A program made the position numbers and the translations under genes. The notes beneath the pieces are model-generated. The model was not told the origin of the DNA and searched no databases. It was given only the letters and a program-made list of their open reading frames with translations. Of a DNA stretch of 64,000 nucleotides, positions 36,891-51,412 are shown piece after piece. Origin of the DNA: Octopus bimaculoides (Eukaryota); assembly GCF_001194135.2 (NCBI RefSeq), contig NC_068982.1, positions 175,293,952-175,357,951 on the forward strand. Direction: 5' to 3'. How positions within the stretch are numbered: position 1 is the first letter of the stretch; the number at the start of each line of letters is the position of its first letter.

Positions 36891-37094
36891 TATCTAAAAA
36901 CAAAGCGCAAAAAATATTACTGCAGCGAAAACAATGTCACCTGCAGTATCCGTTTACAAGAAGCATTTTCCTTCTCTAGTTCGTTCTGTACACGTTGTTC
37001 TGTCTGATGTTAGTATTGCCTATAGTGTATTGTCTATTTCCTTTTACTGTATGCTGTATGTACTTTACACTGTCTATAAGATGTATACTTCTTA

Positions 37095-37295
37095 TAGAGA
37101 GAGGTGGTATCAAAAAGTCCTTGGACTAATTATGTTTAATAAAAAGCTAACTTATTTACCCAAGTTTTAACATCGTCTCCTTCGAAATAGTTACCTTGCG
37201 CAGCACTACACCGGTCCCAGCGTTCCTGTCACTTTAGGATTCCAGCTTGGTAGTCGTTTTCCGTAAGCGAGTCGAGGGCCTTCTGCGATTCGCGG
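37095..37295 (-). mobile_element. Mariner (irritans-like) 3' end remnant
   Basis: Minus strand IHRESQKALDSLTENDYQAGILK*QERWDRCSAAQGNYFEGD; TIR-like GAGGTGGTATCAAAAAGTCC. Confidence 0.75.
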
Positions 37296-38400
37296 TGAAT
37301 CTTGACAAAGTTGGTGGGATTTCGAGTTTGGGCGACTATCGGACAGAGTAACAATAATGTTATTTTTTATCGCCTGTTCAACTCTTATATAATAAGCTTG
37401 TTACCAACATTTTTCTCTTATTCAATTAGTGTGTGTGTCTACGAGTTCATTATCTGCACTATCTTTCCCATTTTTTTTAAGACAACGTGATTTGTTTTGA
37501 AGAAGCTTTGGGATTTATTTCTAGCAGGTCGAACTACCTACGTATTGTGTCTGTATTTCCTTTCTAGAATGTTCATAATGTAGAATATTTTCATAATTTG
37601 ATATTTTCATCTGACCATAGTACGTTCTGTTTACAACGTGTTCTGTCTAGACTATGTTATTCTGTTTCTGATGTGTTTGTCTACTTTGTGTTTTGCTGTT
37701 TTCCGCATACCATGTATTTTTTTCTACAGTGTATTTCGCATGATGTCGTACTATGTGATGTTTACCTTAGTTATTGTACACGTGCGTGTGTGTGTGTATG
37801 TGTGCGAGATCTGATAGCCGCATGTAGATTATGTTGGTAATTGATGACGAACGGGTGTGAGTGCTTGCAATGTCCGAGGTAATTGGCGAGGCGAAATGAC
37901 TTGTTCTACAGTCACCGATGCTGACAACATAATAGAAGAGCATTAGTGTGTGTGTATGTGTGCTCTAAGAGCATTAGTGTGTGTGAGTGTGTGTATGTGT
38001 ACGTACGACTGTAGATGTGTTTGAGTATGACTAGGAATAACAAACCTCAACGAGACAGTTTGTCGTTAGCTACAATAATATTGGTGATGTCTGTGATGGT
38101 GGTAGTAATTGTAGTGTTAGGAAGTTCAGATGAGATGCAATGGAAGTGTGGAGAGGCTTATGTACATTGGATAGAAGAAGGGACAAACGGATGAATATGG
38201 TGACAAAAATGACTAAGTTATAATGCCGTAAAAGAAGAAAATGAAATTATACATAGTATACAAAATATCATTTCTCTAGAGCAATGGCCTTCATTTTCTT
38301 TTTTCTATCTTACTTTGTGGAGCACCGGAGTTCCAATGAACAAATGTTGGCGCGCTTCGCAATGAAAGTTTAAAAGTGCACCACAAAATACAAACATAAG

Positions 38401-38945
38401 TGCAGGCGTGGTTGTGCGGTGAGTAGCTTGTTTCCCAACCACATGGTTCCGGGTTCAGTCCCACTGCGTGGCACCTTGGGCAAGTGTCTTCTATTATAGC
38501 CTCGGGACGACCAAAGCCTTGTGAGTGGATTTGGTTGACGGNNNNNNNNNNNNNNNNNNNNNNNNNNNNNNNNNNNNNNNNNNNNNNNNNNNNNNNNNNN
38601 NNNNNNNNNNNNNNNNNNNNNNNNNNNNNNNNNNNNNNNNNNNNNNNNNNNNNNNNNNNNNNNNNNNNNNNNNNNNNNNNNNNNNNNNNNNNNNNNNNNN
38701 NNNNNNNNNNNNNNNNNNNNNNNNNNNNNNNNNNNNNNNNNNNNNNNNNNNNNNNNNNNNNNNNNNNNNNNNNNNNNNNNNNNNNNNNNNNNNNNNNNNN
38801 NNNNNNNNNNNNNNNGTATAAATACCGGGCTTACAAAGAATAAGTCCAGGAGTCGATATCTTCGATTAAAAGGTGGTGCTCCAGCATGGCCACAATCAAG
38901 ATGACTGAAGCCTAACCATGAAACACGTAAAAGAATAAAAGAATA
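38401..38945 (+). mobile_element. SINE family A spanning gap 38542-38815
   Basis: Head and central domain before the gap, 3' half after it. Confidence 0.85.
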
Positions 38946-39242
38946 TCCCTGAATGTGAGGGACAGGATCGTAAGCGCATCTCTTTATATTCTGCCGAGGT
39001 CGTCTTTGCCTTTCCTCTTTTCGGGGTCGATAAAATAAGTACCAGCTAAGGACTGGAGTCGATATCATCGACTACACCGCCCTGACCGTGAGCCAAAATT
39101 TCAAACAATTATTCTTGCTTTTATTTCTCAGTATGGTTCTTCTGACGTCCAGTCACCTTAGGTATCAAGCAGCATCCTCCTTTCCTTTTATTTCCAATTC
39201 TTTATAATCAATCTAATTATCGGGTGCCCTTCGTAATGTTTT

Positions 39243-39445
39243 AGCTGGCAGAATCATTAGCACGCGTGGAAGTATGCTTAGCGGCATTTTGTCCGTCTTT
39301 ATGTTCTGTGTTCAAATTTTGCCGAGGTCGACTTTGCCTTTCATCCTTTCGAGGTCGATAAAATAAGCACCAGTTAAGCACTGGGGTCGATATAATCGAT
39401 TACTCCCTACTTCAAAATTCCTGGCCTTATGACAAAATTTGAAAC
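39243..39445 (+). mobile_element. SINE family D
   Basis: GCTGGCAGAATCATTAGCACG...GTTCAAATTTTGCCGAGGTCGACTTTGCCTTTCATCC...; a partial second copy lies at ~38975-39090. Confidence 0.85.
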
Positions 39446-42013
39446 CAATATTTTAACTGACCCCGATATGCAAATTCTTCGCAATAGCTCTATCATACAA
39501 TCTGCTTAGATCTTCTCTATTCATTTTGCAAGGATGTCCTTCTCTGCTGCTAATGCTCTTAGGATTCGTGGAATGATTGTTTCCTTCATTTTCCATATCC
39601 TAATTATTTCAAACGTCAACTTGTTACCAAAACTGTCAAGAGCAGACTTGTGTTTGGAGAAACGACGGTGATAGTGCCTGAATGTCCGTGGTTTGCACAG
39701 AGAGAGAACAAGAGGCGGTGACACATGAATAGAATTTTCCTGTTCTTCATAACCGCAAACAATTTTAATATCTGCATTCTGGATGGCATGTATTTGTTGA
39801 AAGCATTAGTTTAACGAACCAAGTAACCCCTAGCAAATAACAGTGGAATAAAATGTTATACAAAGTTTACTGAAAATATCTTTTAGGACGATTCTCGCAA
39901 GATGTTTATACATTCAGATACTCGGACACACACCACAACATCCTCACAATAAAAATATTTCTGAAGTATAAATGATAACAATCAATTGGTTCCTTAGATA
40001 ACAAGCAGCTCTCTACTTTAATAACACCAGAAGTTCTGATTTTATCACAAGATATATAGCCTTCGTTATAGATAGGTAACGTGAATGTTTCTGTATTAAT
40101 AAAAGATCACGACTTATTGAGTGGGTTTATTACTGGTTTTGTGATCTGTCCTCGGGCCCAAGTTTCGCCACACACACACACGCATGCGTACACGCATACA
40201 TCCTTCTTCTGAAGGATGTGTATATTAGGGAGCAGAGTTAACTCAGTAAACTTATCAATGTGATAATATTATACATATTGCTTCATGAAATACTAAGTTC
40301 TTATTTCTCTAATTGAAAGCTTTACAATCGTCAACACAAACGCGTGTGCGTTATGTACTTTAACAGTCTGTACTTTGGTAACGTTAAAAAGTGAAGACAG
40401 CATGCAAGTTCAAAATGGAATATAATAAAATGAAGATATTTCTATGTGAAATCGTCGTTTATTTCGTGAGAAACAACTTATTTTTTAATTATACTACATT
40501 CTTTGTTAGTCTTTGGGTTTGTTGTGGAAAAACTTTAGGACATGTATACATACTCTCTCTTCCTGTCCGACACACACACACATACGCACACGCACACAGT
40601 CAAAAACTTAGGTGCGCAAACACACAAACGCAACTCGTGTAGATTTGTTAGAACGCAGTTGTCAAAACTTCGTAAAATGTATGCACGTACAAACTTTCTC
40701 TTTCCCTCTCTCTTNNNNNNNNNNNNNNNNNNNNNNNNNNNNNNNNNNNNNNNNNNNNNNNNNNNNNNNNNNNNNNNNNNNNNNNNNNNNNNNNNNNNNN
40801 NNNNNNNNNNNNNNNNNNNNNNNNNNNNNNNNNNNNNNNNNNNNNNNNNNNNNNNNNNNNNNNNNNNNNNNNNNNNNNNNNNNNNNNNNNNNNNNNNNNN
40901 NNNNNNNNNNNNNNNNNNNACACACACACACACACACACACACACACAAGCGCGCGCACACGTACTCTGCCGTACACATGTTAGATCATATCATAGTGAT
41001 ATGATCTTCGTTCAAAATTCGTTAGGTGCACACAAATACTACAACATGCATATACAACGCATACATTGACACAAAACATTCGCACATATATTAGATCGAA
41101 TATATGGTACACAAAGGCACACAGAATAGTTACCTGAAATCAGCAAAGAAGAAAAAAAGTTTTTTTTAAAGGCGGCAGCGTTAACATCAATTATTGCAAG
41201 ACAGAATATAAAAGAACAAGACACAAAGCGTAAAAAGACGAGTATAAAATGCAACCCGAAAACAAATAAAAGGAAAACTAACAGATACGAACAATCGTGA
41301 TTATCTGATGAGACAATAAAAATACAAGAACAAAAAGTTGGAAGGTGCTGGTGAATTCCATGATTGTCATCATTCTGTGTCATTTACCGGAATGAACTTT
41401 CAATTAACAAGGAAGAGTAGCAGAGGACGGCGAGATCAAGGCAACGGAGAAGATTAGTTTCATTTTTAATGGCGACAAGAGTGTCGGTCGGTCGGGCTAC
41501 TGGTTTTCATTAGTGAGAGATGTTACGGTAAAGTCGAAGGAATGACCATATGTCTACCGATCAAATTACTCAGTCATTCGATATGTACCTGTCTGTCTGT
41601 CTGTCTATCTCGTCATCGTCGTCGTTTCCATCACCTTCTATCCTCCCTCTCTAGTTCTCTCTCTTTCAATCTGTCTCTGAATACCCGAACACACACATAC
41701 AACATGAGGAAACTTCCTTTGGTTTCAATGATGAGCATTCCGTTCATCGATCTGCTAAACTACCTACTTGAACTGAAATTAACATGTAAGTGGCTGAGAA
41801 TTCTATAGACAGGTGTGCCCTTCATGTATTTCTGAATTAGAATTAAGTATAATCCATCAGACGGCCTTGCATGCAATTTCTGTCTACCCAGTTTAACAAA
41901 AGAGTGTTTTGAGTCAACCAGAGGCTACGTTAAAGAACACTTACTCAAGGTACCACGCAGTGAGATCGAACCTTAAAACTTACGATTTATAAAACATTTA
42001 ACAACTCCCAACC

Positions 42014-42067
<54 letters not shown>

Positions 42068-45000
42068 ATACGTGCGCGCGCATGTGAACAACTAACGAGG
42101 TAAATTACAGTATTTGAAATTCTGAGTTAATTTTATTTCGAAGTGAAAGATTACCGAAAATGAAAATAACTATTTCAAATCTACAATAGAGTAGAAAAAA
42201 TAAATAATAGAAAATATGAAAACACCATAACATCATTTGTAATGTAAACATGTCTGGCTGGTTAGCTTTCATAAACCAAGCAACGGGGTAACAAAGTTCA
42301 TAATATCATTGCAGTACCTTTCAGTTTATGACATTCTATGCCAATTTTCTGACAATATCTCGGTTTGTAACTCTCTAAACACATGGTATGTGTCTGTCAT
42401 ATATGATTCATACACAATCTTTCTCGGCCTCGCTTTCCCCCACTACTTCCTTTCTACCTATGCAAGTTCACGTTTTCCCCTACTCAAACGTAGACAATGT
42501 AAAACTCTGCTGCTTTTACCTGCCTACTTGTCATCAAAACCTCGAAGAATGGCTGTGTTTGAAACGTTGGGAATACCATTTCCAACGCTAATTTCATTTT
42601 GCTTTTCCAGTCACCTTTTCCAAATTATATATAAATTATTGTATTTGAGACTTATATTATCATATTATCATTGGCTGCATGGTTAAGAAGTTTGCTTCTC
42701 CAATCACATAATTCTGACATCAATACTGCTGCGCGGTGATTTGGGCAAGTGACTTCTCATATCTACTCGTCTTGTGAATAGAATTTGGGAGACGAAAACT
42801 ATGCTAAATTCTTTCCTGTGTGTTTGTGTGTGTGTAATATGCACACACGTGGAAGTGTATGTATGTATAGATAGATATCTAACTTGCGCAGTATTTGAAA
42901 TTAGCTACTAATAGTTTCTTGCCGTAAACACTGATTAGGCAACTTTGTATAGCGTGCCTTATTATCTCCAAGCAATCTTCGGGCTCGGGACACATAGTTA
43001 GTTGCATTGGAAAACCAGGATGCTAGTACATGAAAAACCACTATAGAAAACGAGAAGGTTCGTACAAAATGTGGTATGAGAAGACAAAAGGTGAATAAAA
43101 CGGAAAAAAAGAAGAAAATTGAGAGTTATGCGCCCTTTGACCGCAAGACATAACTAATCTAAGCTGATGTTGAATAATTCAACGATGAGATCTACAAAAG
43201 CCCGTGGAATAGCTTCTCTATCCGGAGAGAGTGTTCAACGAAAGAAGTTTGTCCATGTGCTTGCATTTGCTGAAAATTTCAGATCTGGAATTAAATAGTG
43301 TAGTAAAATTCTTCGTATAGTCCTTCAGCTATGTATAATTTGCATCGCTTTGTTCCATTTACATAAGGCATAAATATCTCTACAATTCTCTACCTGATTG
43401 CACGCGGTATGTGGTTGGTCTTCAGACTCCATACGTGGCTTGCAAACTTAGTGGCTTTATTTTTATTGACGTGTCTTTCTTTTTCCGATTTTATTCACCC
43501 TTTGTTTCCTCATTCCACTTTTCACCTTTTCTTCGTGGTTTCTCCTGTACCCGCTTTCTGGTTTCCAAAGAGAACTAACAATGTGCTCTGAGCCTGAATA
43601 TTGCTTGAAGACACAAGGCACATTATATAAATCTGCCTAATCCCACTGTCTCTATGCCAAGAAACAATTAGTAGCTTTTATTTTAAATATTGTGTACGTT
43701 AAATGATATTTGTCTCTCTTTGGACAGAGTACTTTTTTGTTGATCCTACAATAAACCATATATATATATATATACTCACACACACGTGGAAGAAGTATAT
43801 ATATCTCACACGCAAATGCGTGGAAGAAGTATTTAATACTATCGAGCAATCATTTTTTATAAGTGATGTAATTACTTTCTGTTGTGACTCCAAGTTTCCA
43901 ATTCTTCGTTGATCATGGAGCTAAACGCTGAATTACAAGGCACAGGTATCTAGGATAAATATTCCGAATATGAGCGGCACTTGGAACTGGACAAAAGGCC
44001 ATATAATGGAGAAAAAAGAACTATCAATAACTTCGAAGAAAATATTAGAATAAAGAAAAAGATTAATATTGATTTTAAAAAATACAAAAAGTAAAATGCA
44101 TAACCACTTGCTTTATGAGTGTCTTTAGTGAGGTGTCACCCACTTCAATGAATCACTGAGGTTATAGGATAAATTATTGTAAAAGGGTAACTTAGCTACA
44201 GGAACGTATCGGACAAATGGTGTTAAACAGGGCGACGGGTTAGGTCTACCACCCACATTACAGGAAGTTGTATTCTAGTCTTCTTTGCAAACATAATGCA
44301 TCACTCTTGTATTATTGATTACTTTGTTCCAGATGTTAATTATTTGCCATATTTTGTTGGTAACTATTTTTAATAACGGCTATCGATGTTGTGTCGATTT
44401 CTGTTGTGCACCATTTCCGATGGTGTCTCTTGTTATTCGCCGCACAACACACAGTAATTCAGCAAAGCAATCCTACACATCGTCTGTCGCAGACAAGACG
44501 TGTGGTAGCTTTGCTTGAACATTCCAGAAGTACACTACAAAATGAGACATCTGGATACTGAATGTTATTTGAAGGGAAATCATTTTAACCTATGATAACT
44601 ATATGAGATTTAGGGCTGTTAATAGGTTTAGCATTAATGTTTAAATCAGAAGACTGCATTATCCTTAGTTTGATATCAAATTCCCTTAGGTATGTCTGGC
44701 ATTTGTTTTAAAATGAATAGTGTAGTAAAGAAAAAAATAACAAAAATAAGCATAAATCAATTGCAAATCATTAGCAAAACAGTGTAGAAATTAACAAAGC
44801 TAGTCTAAAAAAATCATTTGCAATCAATGGCAAAATATACATTCATATATTTACAATATATAGTTAATTTAGTACGAAAAGGCAATTTATGATAAAAAAT
44901 AGGCTTAAAATGTTTTTTGAATCACTATGATAAAAGGAACCGATGCTTCTGCTTGGTTTCCAAAGTCGCTGCTGGTATTCTTCGGCTTCAGGTCACTCTA

Positions 45001-45819
45001 GATCAAAAGCAATATAGCCATAACCATCACATTTCCTTAGGATTTTTTTTAGGATTACACAACCTTGGTGCCTTTCTCTTTCTAAGACACTCTAGTGTGA
45101 TTTGACTGTTATTTCTCTTGTTCCCTCGTTATCTCTCTAGTTTCCTCAGTGTTAAGCAGTTGAGTGATAAATGTTCATCTGGATAAGAAGCAGATTTGCC
45201 TCTATAGATTTTCAAAGTAGTTGTCAATTTGATAGCTTTGCCGCTGTTTACAGCAAGAAATTGTCTACCAGCCATTGATTTTTACACACACTTAATATCG
45301 ACTATGCAGTCGATAGACCTGCTTGAAATAGCAACCATTGACCCTCAAAGTCCTGGGCACTTAAAGGAAAGACAGAGAATATCATACATCATTGGTTGAG
45401 GAAAAAACCTTAGGTGATGTCTACTGGAATGCATTTGATCATGTCTACTTGGTTAGAATTCCTCTGGTTATACAGTAATTTCCTGCTTTGTAAATTTGAG
45501 CGTTGAGAGTTAGGAGCCTTGAACAGAGAGGTGAAACTCTAATCCATCTATTTTTGATACCATACTGATACGGTTAGCAGTCCTCACGAAGAAGCATGAA
45601 AAAATGATAATCGAAATTATGATAAATCATTGCTTTCCAACTATCAAGACCGACTCCTCTCTAATGCAATGTCTTTTTCGCAATTGTAACTTTAAAAATT
45701 CTGTAAACTATATGAGAACATACTTTCAGTAAAAGGAAGTCATTGAAGCAGTCCCGATTAAGAAGGCCCACATTAAAGTAGCGCATCATTTCATATATCG
45801 AGTGGTATTGCGTCTATAT

Positions 45820-46030
45820 TTATCTTTTATTTTCTTTATCATTAGAATAGGGCCATTCTGGGGCACCGCCTTAAGGAATTTTAGTCGAACTAATCGACCC
45901 CAGCACTTATTTTCTTTTTAAGCTCGACCCTTATTCTATCGGTTTTGTTTGCCGAACAGCTAAGTTAAAGGGGCAATAACCGCACGAACTTCAGATATCA
46001 AGCGGTGGGTAGGGGAGACAAACACAGATA
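45820..46030 (-). mobile_element. SINE family A, 3' half
   Basis: Reverse complement of the 2223-2425 type. Confidence 0.75.
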
Positions 46031-46039
46031 TACACACAC

Positions 46040-46240
46040 GCGCACGCGCCGCTTTTTCTCCCACTGCTACAACGGCTTCCATCGACCTCGAACTCGTTGG
46101 CTGCTTGCACACTTTTTAAATCCCTCACATCACCCTCAACACACTAATCAATCTTTTCCCCGTCTCTTCAACTCTGTGCCATATTCGCACTTCACTTTTC
46201 AATACTAAGCATCACCTCGTCCACGTATTTCTGGCAGGCA
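46040..46240 (+). mobile_element. Possible CR1/Jockey-group LINE C-terminal remnant
   Basis: RPRTR...QSFPRLFNSVP weakly resembles SFFPRTxxLWNSLP. Confidence 0.3.
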
Positions 46241-49200
46241 TTTATTTTCAAATACTAAAACAACGTTCGTTGCATCAGTATCGTTAGCACCTCTCTGACT
46301 TATGCAAAAATATATTATTGGTAAGTGTATAGTGCAAAAGAATCCCAAGAACTAGTTTTCAGTGACGCGACAATAACTAAATTTTGACATCGTCAATGTC
46401 ATATTGACATATCACAGAAGAAAATAATTTTCAATGTAAAAAGGGAAAGAAATTATTAGCATGGTAACATAATAAAAATAACCATTAGCATGGTAAAAAT
46501 TTGATTTGCATGATTGAAACAGATAAGAAAGTTTGGTGAAAAAATCCATGTATATATAATTAACGCGGTAGATATTAATGGACAGCACAGGGTAGGTAAA
46601 ATAATTATTTGGAATGATGCAAAGAAAAAGAAAATAGTGAAATACGATGAGAAAGTTGTCATTATTGACTCACGAGGAAAATCACTAACGAAACATCAAA
46701 GATTTCATTAGTATAGTTAAAAAAATATTTCAAAGCTCATTAGTAAGTTAGGATTTTTTGTTGGATTATTGATACCCGATTTTCTGCAATGGAATTGCAG
46801 CTAGCCGATTCGATAAAGAACCATTATTGACAACGTAAATTTTTGCAATGTTTATCTTCTCGCTTCCGTTACGTGTGTCTGTGACAAAAAAAAAAAAAGC
46901 ATTACCATCAACGGTCAAGTCCACTTATCTGTATGTACGAAGAGAAGTGAAACGTATCCCTGTAGGCAACGGCTGCGTTGTGGAATTGAGTTGTTAGCTG
47001 TCTGGTAATGCTAAGTTGAAGTGCTCCAGCAGGAAAAAGGCTTCTTTTAATAAACCAGTGTCGTATCTAGGAACGGATGTGTCCTTATCGTTGTACTAAG
47101 TGCACTAAATCGAAGGCTTAGGAGAGAAAAACAAAATACTTTGTTGGAAATGTTATAGAAGCAAATATGAAACTCCAGTATTTGGTGGGGTATCTTTGTT
47201 TTAGAATGGTAAAGATGAATAACATGCGAAAGCCCGTAGGCTATTCATAGGTTTTATACTTAATTCGTGCAGGAATGCATGCCACTAAAGATAAGTGCAA
47301 AGGAACATCAACTGTCGTGTTCTAGCTGAGTTCATTTTGCCCATATCCACTGACCAAAGTTTATAAGTGTAGAGATATAGACCGAAGAGAAATTGACATC
47401 CAGGCTATCAAATTGAGCCTCCATATGATTCCTCACATTATATTAGTCTGCAATGTGGTATGATCTTCATGTAACTGGAGAATAAATCAATCCGTGGGTA
47501 ACGACTAGGTGTTAAACTGGCTAGATGTCTATCACAATACTTCTTGAGCCGGGGATATACTATAATGTGATAAATAATAACGCCTCGGACATGGGGAAAG
47601 CACAGTTTACTGTCATAGTAAATCCAAACCACCACAGTACCATTATATGTACAATCATTCCCACAAAAACAACACCTTTATAACCACAGAATACTACTAA
47701 AACGCTATCTTAAAAACTGTACTAACCGCTCTAGACAAACATGGAAAAAAAACCGTTTAAAAATAGCAGCAGCATCAGTTACCTCATAAGTCACAAATAC
47801 AATGCTTAGCTGCACACGACTAGTTTTCTCTATACTGCTATGTGACATAATGAACCAACTGCTTCACTGCATTCCACGCGAATATCCATTACATGTCGGA
47901 ATGAGCTATAGCGATACTTGACATATCTGGTACAATTAGTCTGTGGATTGCAATTATCTTTCGAGCCATAAATCTGACCTGGGGTTATATATCTATCTAC
48001 TCTCTCTCTTATGTCATATGAATAGGTATTTGAAACATGGAATCTAATTTATCAGGTTACTAAAAAAGACCAAAAACTATTTAATAGTTTTAATCTTCAG
48101 CAGATATAGAGTAGTGTAATCCTACATGTCTTCTAATAATTTACATTCTGTTAATTAAATATGCCGTGACATCTAGTTTAAATGTTGGTATGACTGAAAC
48201 TTGTAACAGTTATATATGTAGAAAATGAAAGGACGCGATCGGGAAGTAACTTGTTTATCATTGTTGTTGTTGTCGTCGACTTTTCTTTTTCTATTGTCCG
48301 TGTGCTGTATGAAAGGGTATCAGCTTTTATAAATGAACCATAGTTTCAGGACATTTTAATCGGAGCTGCAATCATTGGCAACACCATGTCATGCAGAGTT
48401 TGCATTTAGTGCAATGTGGGCAGTAAAAATATTTCGAAACTTGTTTAGCCTACACTTAGTGATCTTTTCGTGTTGTTTTTCTCTAGCAAGGAATGCAAAA
48501 TGCGCCTAATTGATGCTATTACTGAATTTCAAGGGATTACTTCTAGGTGTATTTTCAATCCATGGTTTTAATGGAGAAAGATAATTAATATCGCACATAA
48601 GAGATTTTTATTATGCTAGATCATAATGACATAGCTAATGGCATGCAGATCAAATGATTTCAACAAAGTTCTTGACATCTTGGAGCTAGATCTAACTATA
48701 AGTACGCTATCTTTTGGAGATGAAAGTAACCCCTCATACATTCCTCTAACACCAAATCCCTTGGAAATACCAAAGGTTTACACCTTGGAGAAGATTCTTA
48801 TCGCTTAATTGCCATACTGCTTGATACCCATTTCTATTGAATTCAACGATTTACCTTGGCCCCACTGATCTTTAACAACTCCCTCCAGTGTTCAGGGTTG
48901 TAATCAGTGGTGCTAGAACTTGGCGAAGGTGGTTAAAATTGTCCTTAGCTCTATGTCATCCCTGATCAAAAGTAGTACGTTCATAATGTTTCATTCGTTC
49001 TGAGGTACAGAAGACTATTCTGTTTCACAATGAACCAGAAAGAAATTTTACTTAGATTCACGATGTGTATTATTGTACTGCCTATCACTGTACATCAGTG
49101 TTTATTTCGTTCTTTTTATTGAAGTGTCATCTTTTATAAAAGATGATACAATTTTTATTGGTATATCATCCTTTCTTTTTTATTGATATATCACAACCAG

Positions 49201-49579
49201 TGATAGTAGATATATTACATCCTACATCGATTACGGAAAACAAACTCCCGTAATTGCTTTTTCTTTATATAATAATCGATTAATGTAGTTTTCAAGGTTT
49301 TTGTTTTTCGCCTATTATCTTCTAATACCGTTTTACATATCAACAGCATTCATATGTCTGTTGACTCAATCTTTCTATTTTTATAATTAGTTTATAATTA
49401 ATTTACATATGAATGTTAATAAATATTCCTAAACCTTCTAAGACACGGTCTGTTCAGATGTATTGAGTGTTCAAAACTATACGAATCTCTGTAATATGTG
49501 CATTTGTTTTAGTTTCGAAGTTCATATTACAATGCTCTCGATTACAAATCCGGTATATTTGATGGATTATTTTCCTTGC

Positions 49580-49691
<112 letters not shown>

Positions 49692-49849
49692 GAAATTTCT
49701 GTGCTAAATACTCACAAAAATTTAGTCATGGACAAATACAGTACAGGACTTTCCCTCTCACGCTACTTTTGAAAACCATGAAATGATGAAGCCGGTTAAG
49801 TAAGTGTAAATAAATTTTCTTAAAGCCTTCAAACTTATTTTCAATTCGG

Positions 49850-50720
49850 TTTTTCTTTCTACATCTAGTCGTGTAAGAAAAGTTATTTTTCCTGTACATA
49901 TTTATCACGTTCGGAACGAAAACGCCTCCAGAATCTGATCGAAACGTTAATATTACGAACAAACAAGTTTAAAGTAACAAACAGGAGTCTCCTCTAAATT
50001 CATACTTCTGACAGGATAAAAGGTTATTAAATACAGAACTAAACTGACAAAAAAAATCAACGAGGGAGAACACCGAAGTCAACAGGCTGAGGTTAATCAA
50101 ACACTAAAACAATCATGTAAAACCGTATAGAATATAACGTAACGGAATCAGGAACAAAACTCGAAAGCAAAACAAAATGACAATACATATTTGCAATATA
50201 TTGAATTAAACCAAAACGTCACAACTCTCAAGTTCCCCTTTTGGAACATGTAAAAGGCGAAACATGGACATTTGATTTACACAAAACCGATTATTCTTCC
50301 TAAGAAATTACAAATTAAACTTAGCCTTAACTTAGTCTTAATAAATCTGAACCACATAGAAAACGTAGAGAAGAATATTTTGGACAAATTCAGAAAGGAA
50401 ATAAAACGAACTCCAATGCACGAAAAACGCAAATCAACTGAGGCATCTGAAATTTCAAGACAAACCGAAGATCTAAAGTCAATATTGAAATGGAGTTACA
50501 CCTTGGAGACAAAATTGGGACAATGTAGAATTAATACCTCTTCAGTGATTGAAGAAGAGCACCAATTGATTCAGTAATTATGAAACTGAATTCAAGAGAA
50601 TTTCATACAATAATTCATTCTTGAAGAAAGCAAAAATCTACAAACCACACTCATAAACGCAAAACAAGTACCGGAACGTCAAGCAAAACGTCTCTACACA
50701 TGCCTCGAAGAAGGCCAGTT
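49850..50720 (+). mobile_element. Heavily decayed Penelope-like element (RT C-terminus and GIY-YIG region)
   Basis: Frameshifted fragments KQV.SN.G..SKFI, NV..LKFPFGTC, LIYT...KKLQ and KVNIEME fit the PLE layout; hammerhead-like CCTCGAAGAAGGCC at 50704. Confidence 0.4.
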
Positions 50721-51412
50721 TTGTTCATTTAGAGATATTTGATTGCCATTTACATTGAAATTTGCTACAATAATCCAGGCTAGTCCTTTGGTTGTAGGGA
50801 AATTATGCTATAGTCAGAAACAAGGCATTTGAAGTCACGGATTTTCTTGATTGGAATAAATTAGCGTATGGCTGGCTTTCACCCTCATTGATGGTTATGT
50901 ACTCAGACTTCTTTGTATTAAGAAACAAACTGACTTTGACTGCAGTATTCTTAAGGGATATTACGTCTATTTGTGCCGAGATAAAAAATGTCAGTTAGGT
51001 ACAAGGACCTACTGAATCGATCCCTCCACACTAGCAAGACGAATATGGTAGAATTCATTACAAAAGAAGGCTGAGATTAACAAAAACAGTCGAGAGAAGG
51101 CCTTAATGTTTAAAGTTTTTAGTAAGGACCCTTTACTTTATTACAAATGAAGCAATGTTGGGAAAAAGATCTGTGCAGAAACACAATGAAGAGATTTGAA
51201 CATTTTATATCCCTTGGGAGGAATGACTGTACTCATGCCTATTTTTAGAGTCTACAAGACTGGAAGGTTTAGAGGGAAGAGGGTATCGTCAATCCCAAAA
51301 CTGGACCAGAGTACTTACATCAGAGTAGATTCCTGTAAATGAACCCAAAATCCGCCGGTAGTTTTAAACTGGATAATGGATTAATTTTATGATTCAAAGA
51401 AGCCTAAAGTGA

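Noticed and set aside
48488-48547. Strong acceptor followed by 60 nt (KECKMRLIDAITEFQGITS)
   Set aside because: The donor is poor (GTGTAT) and no homology is recognised.
50900-51300. Possible RTE-like RT remnant (G.EINKN, EHFISLG)
   Set aside because: The motif matches are too short and degenerate to support a call.
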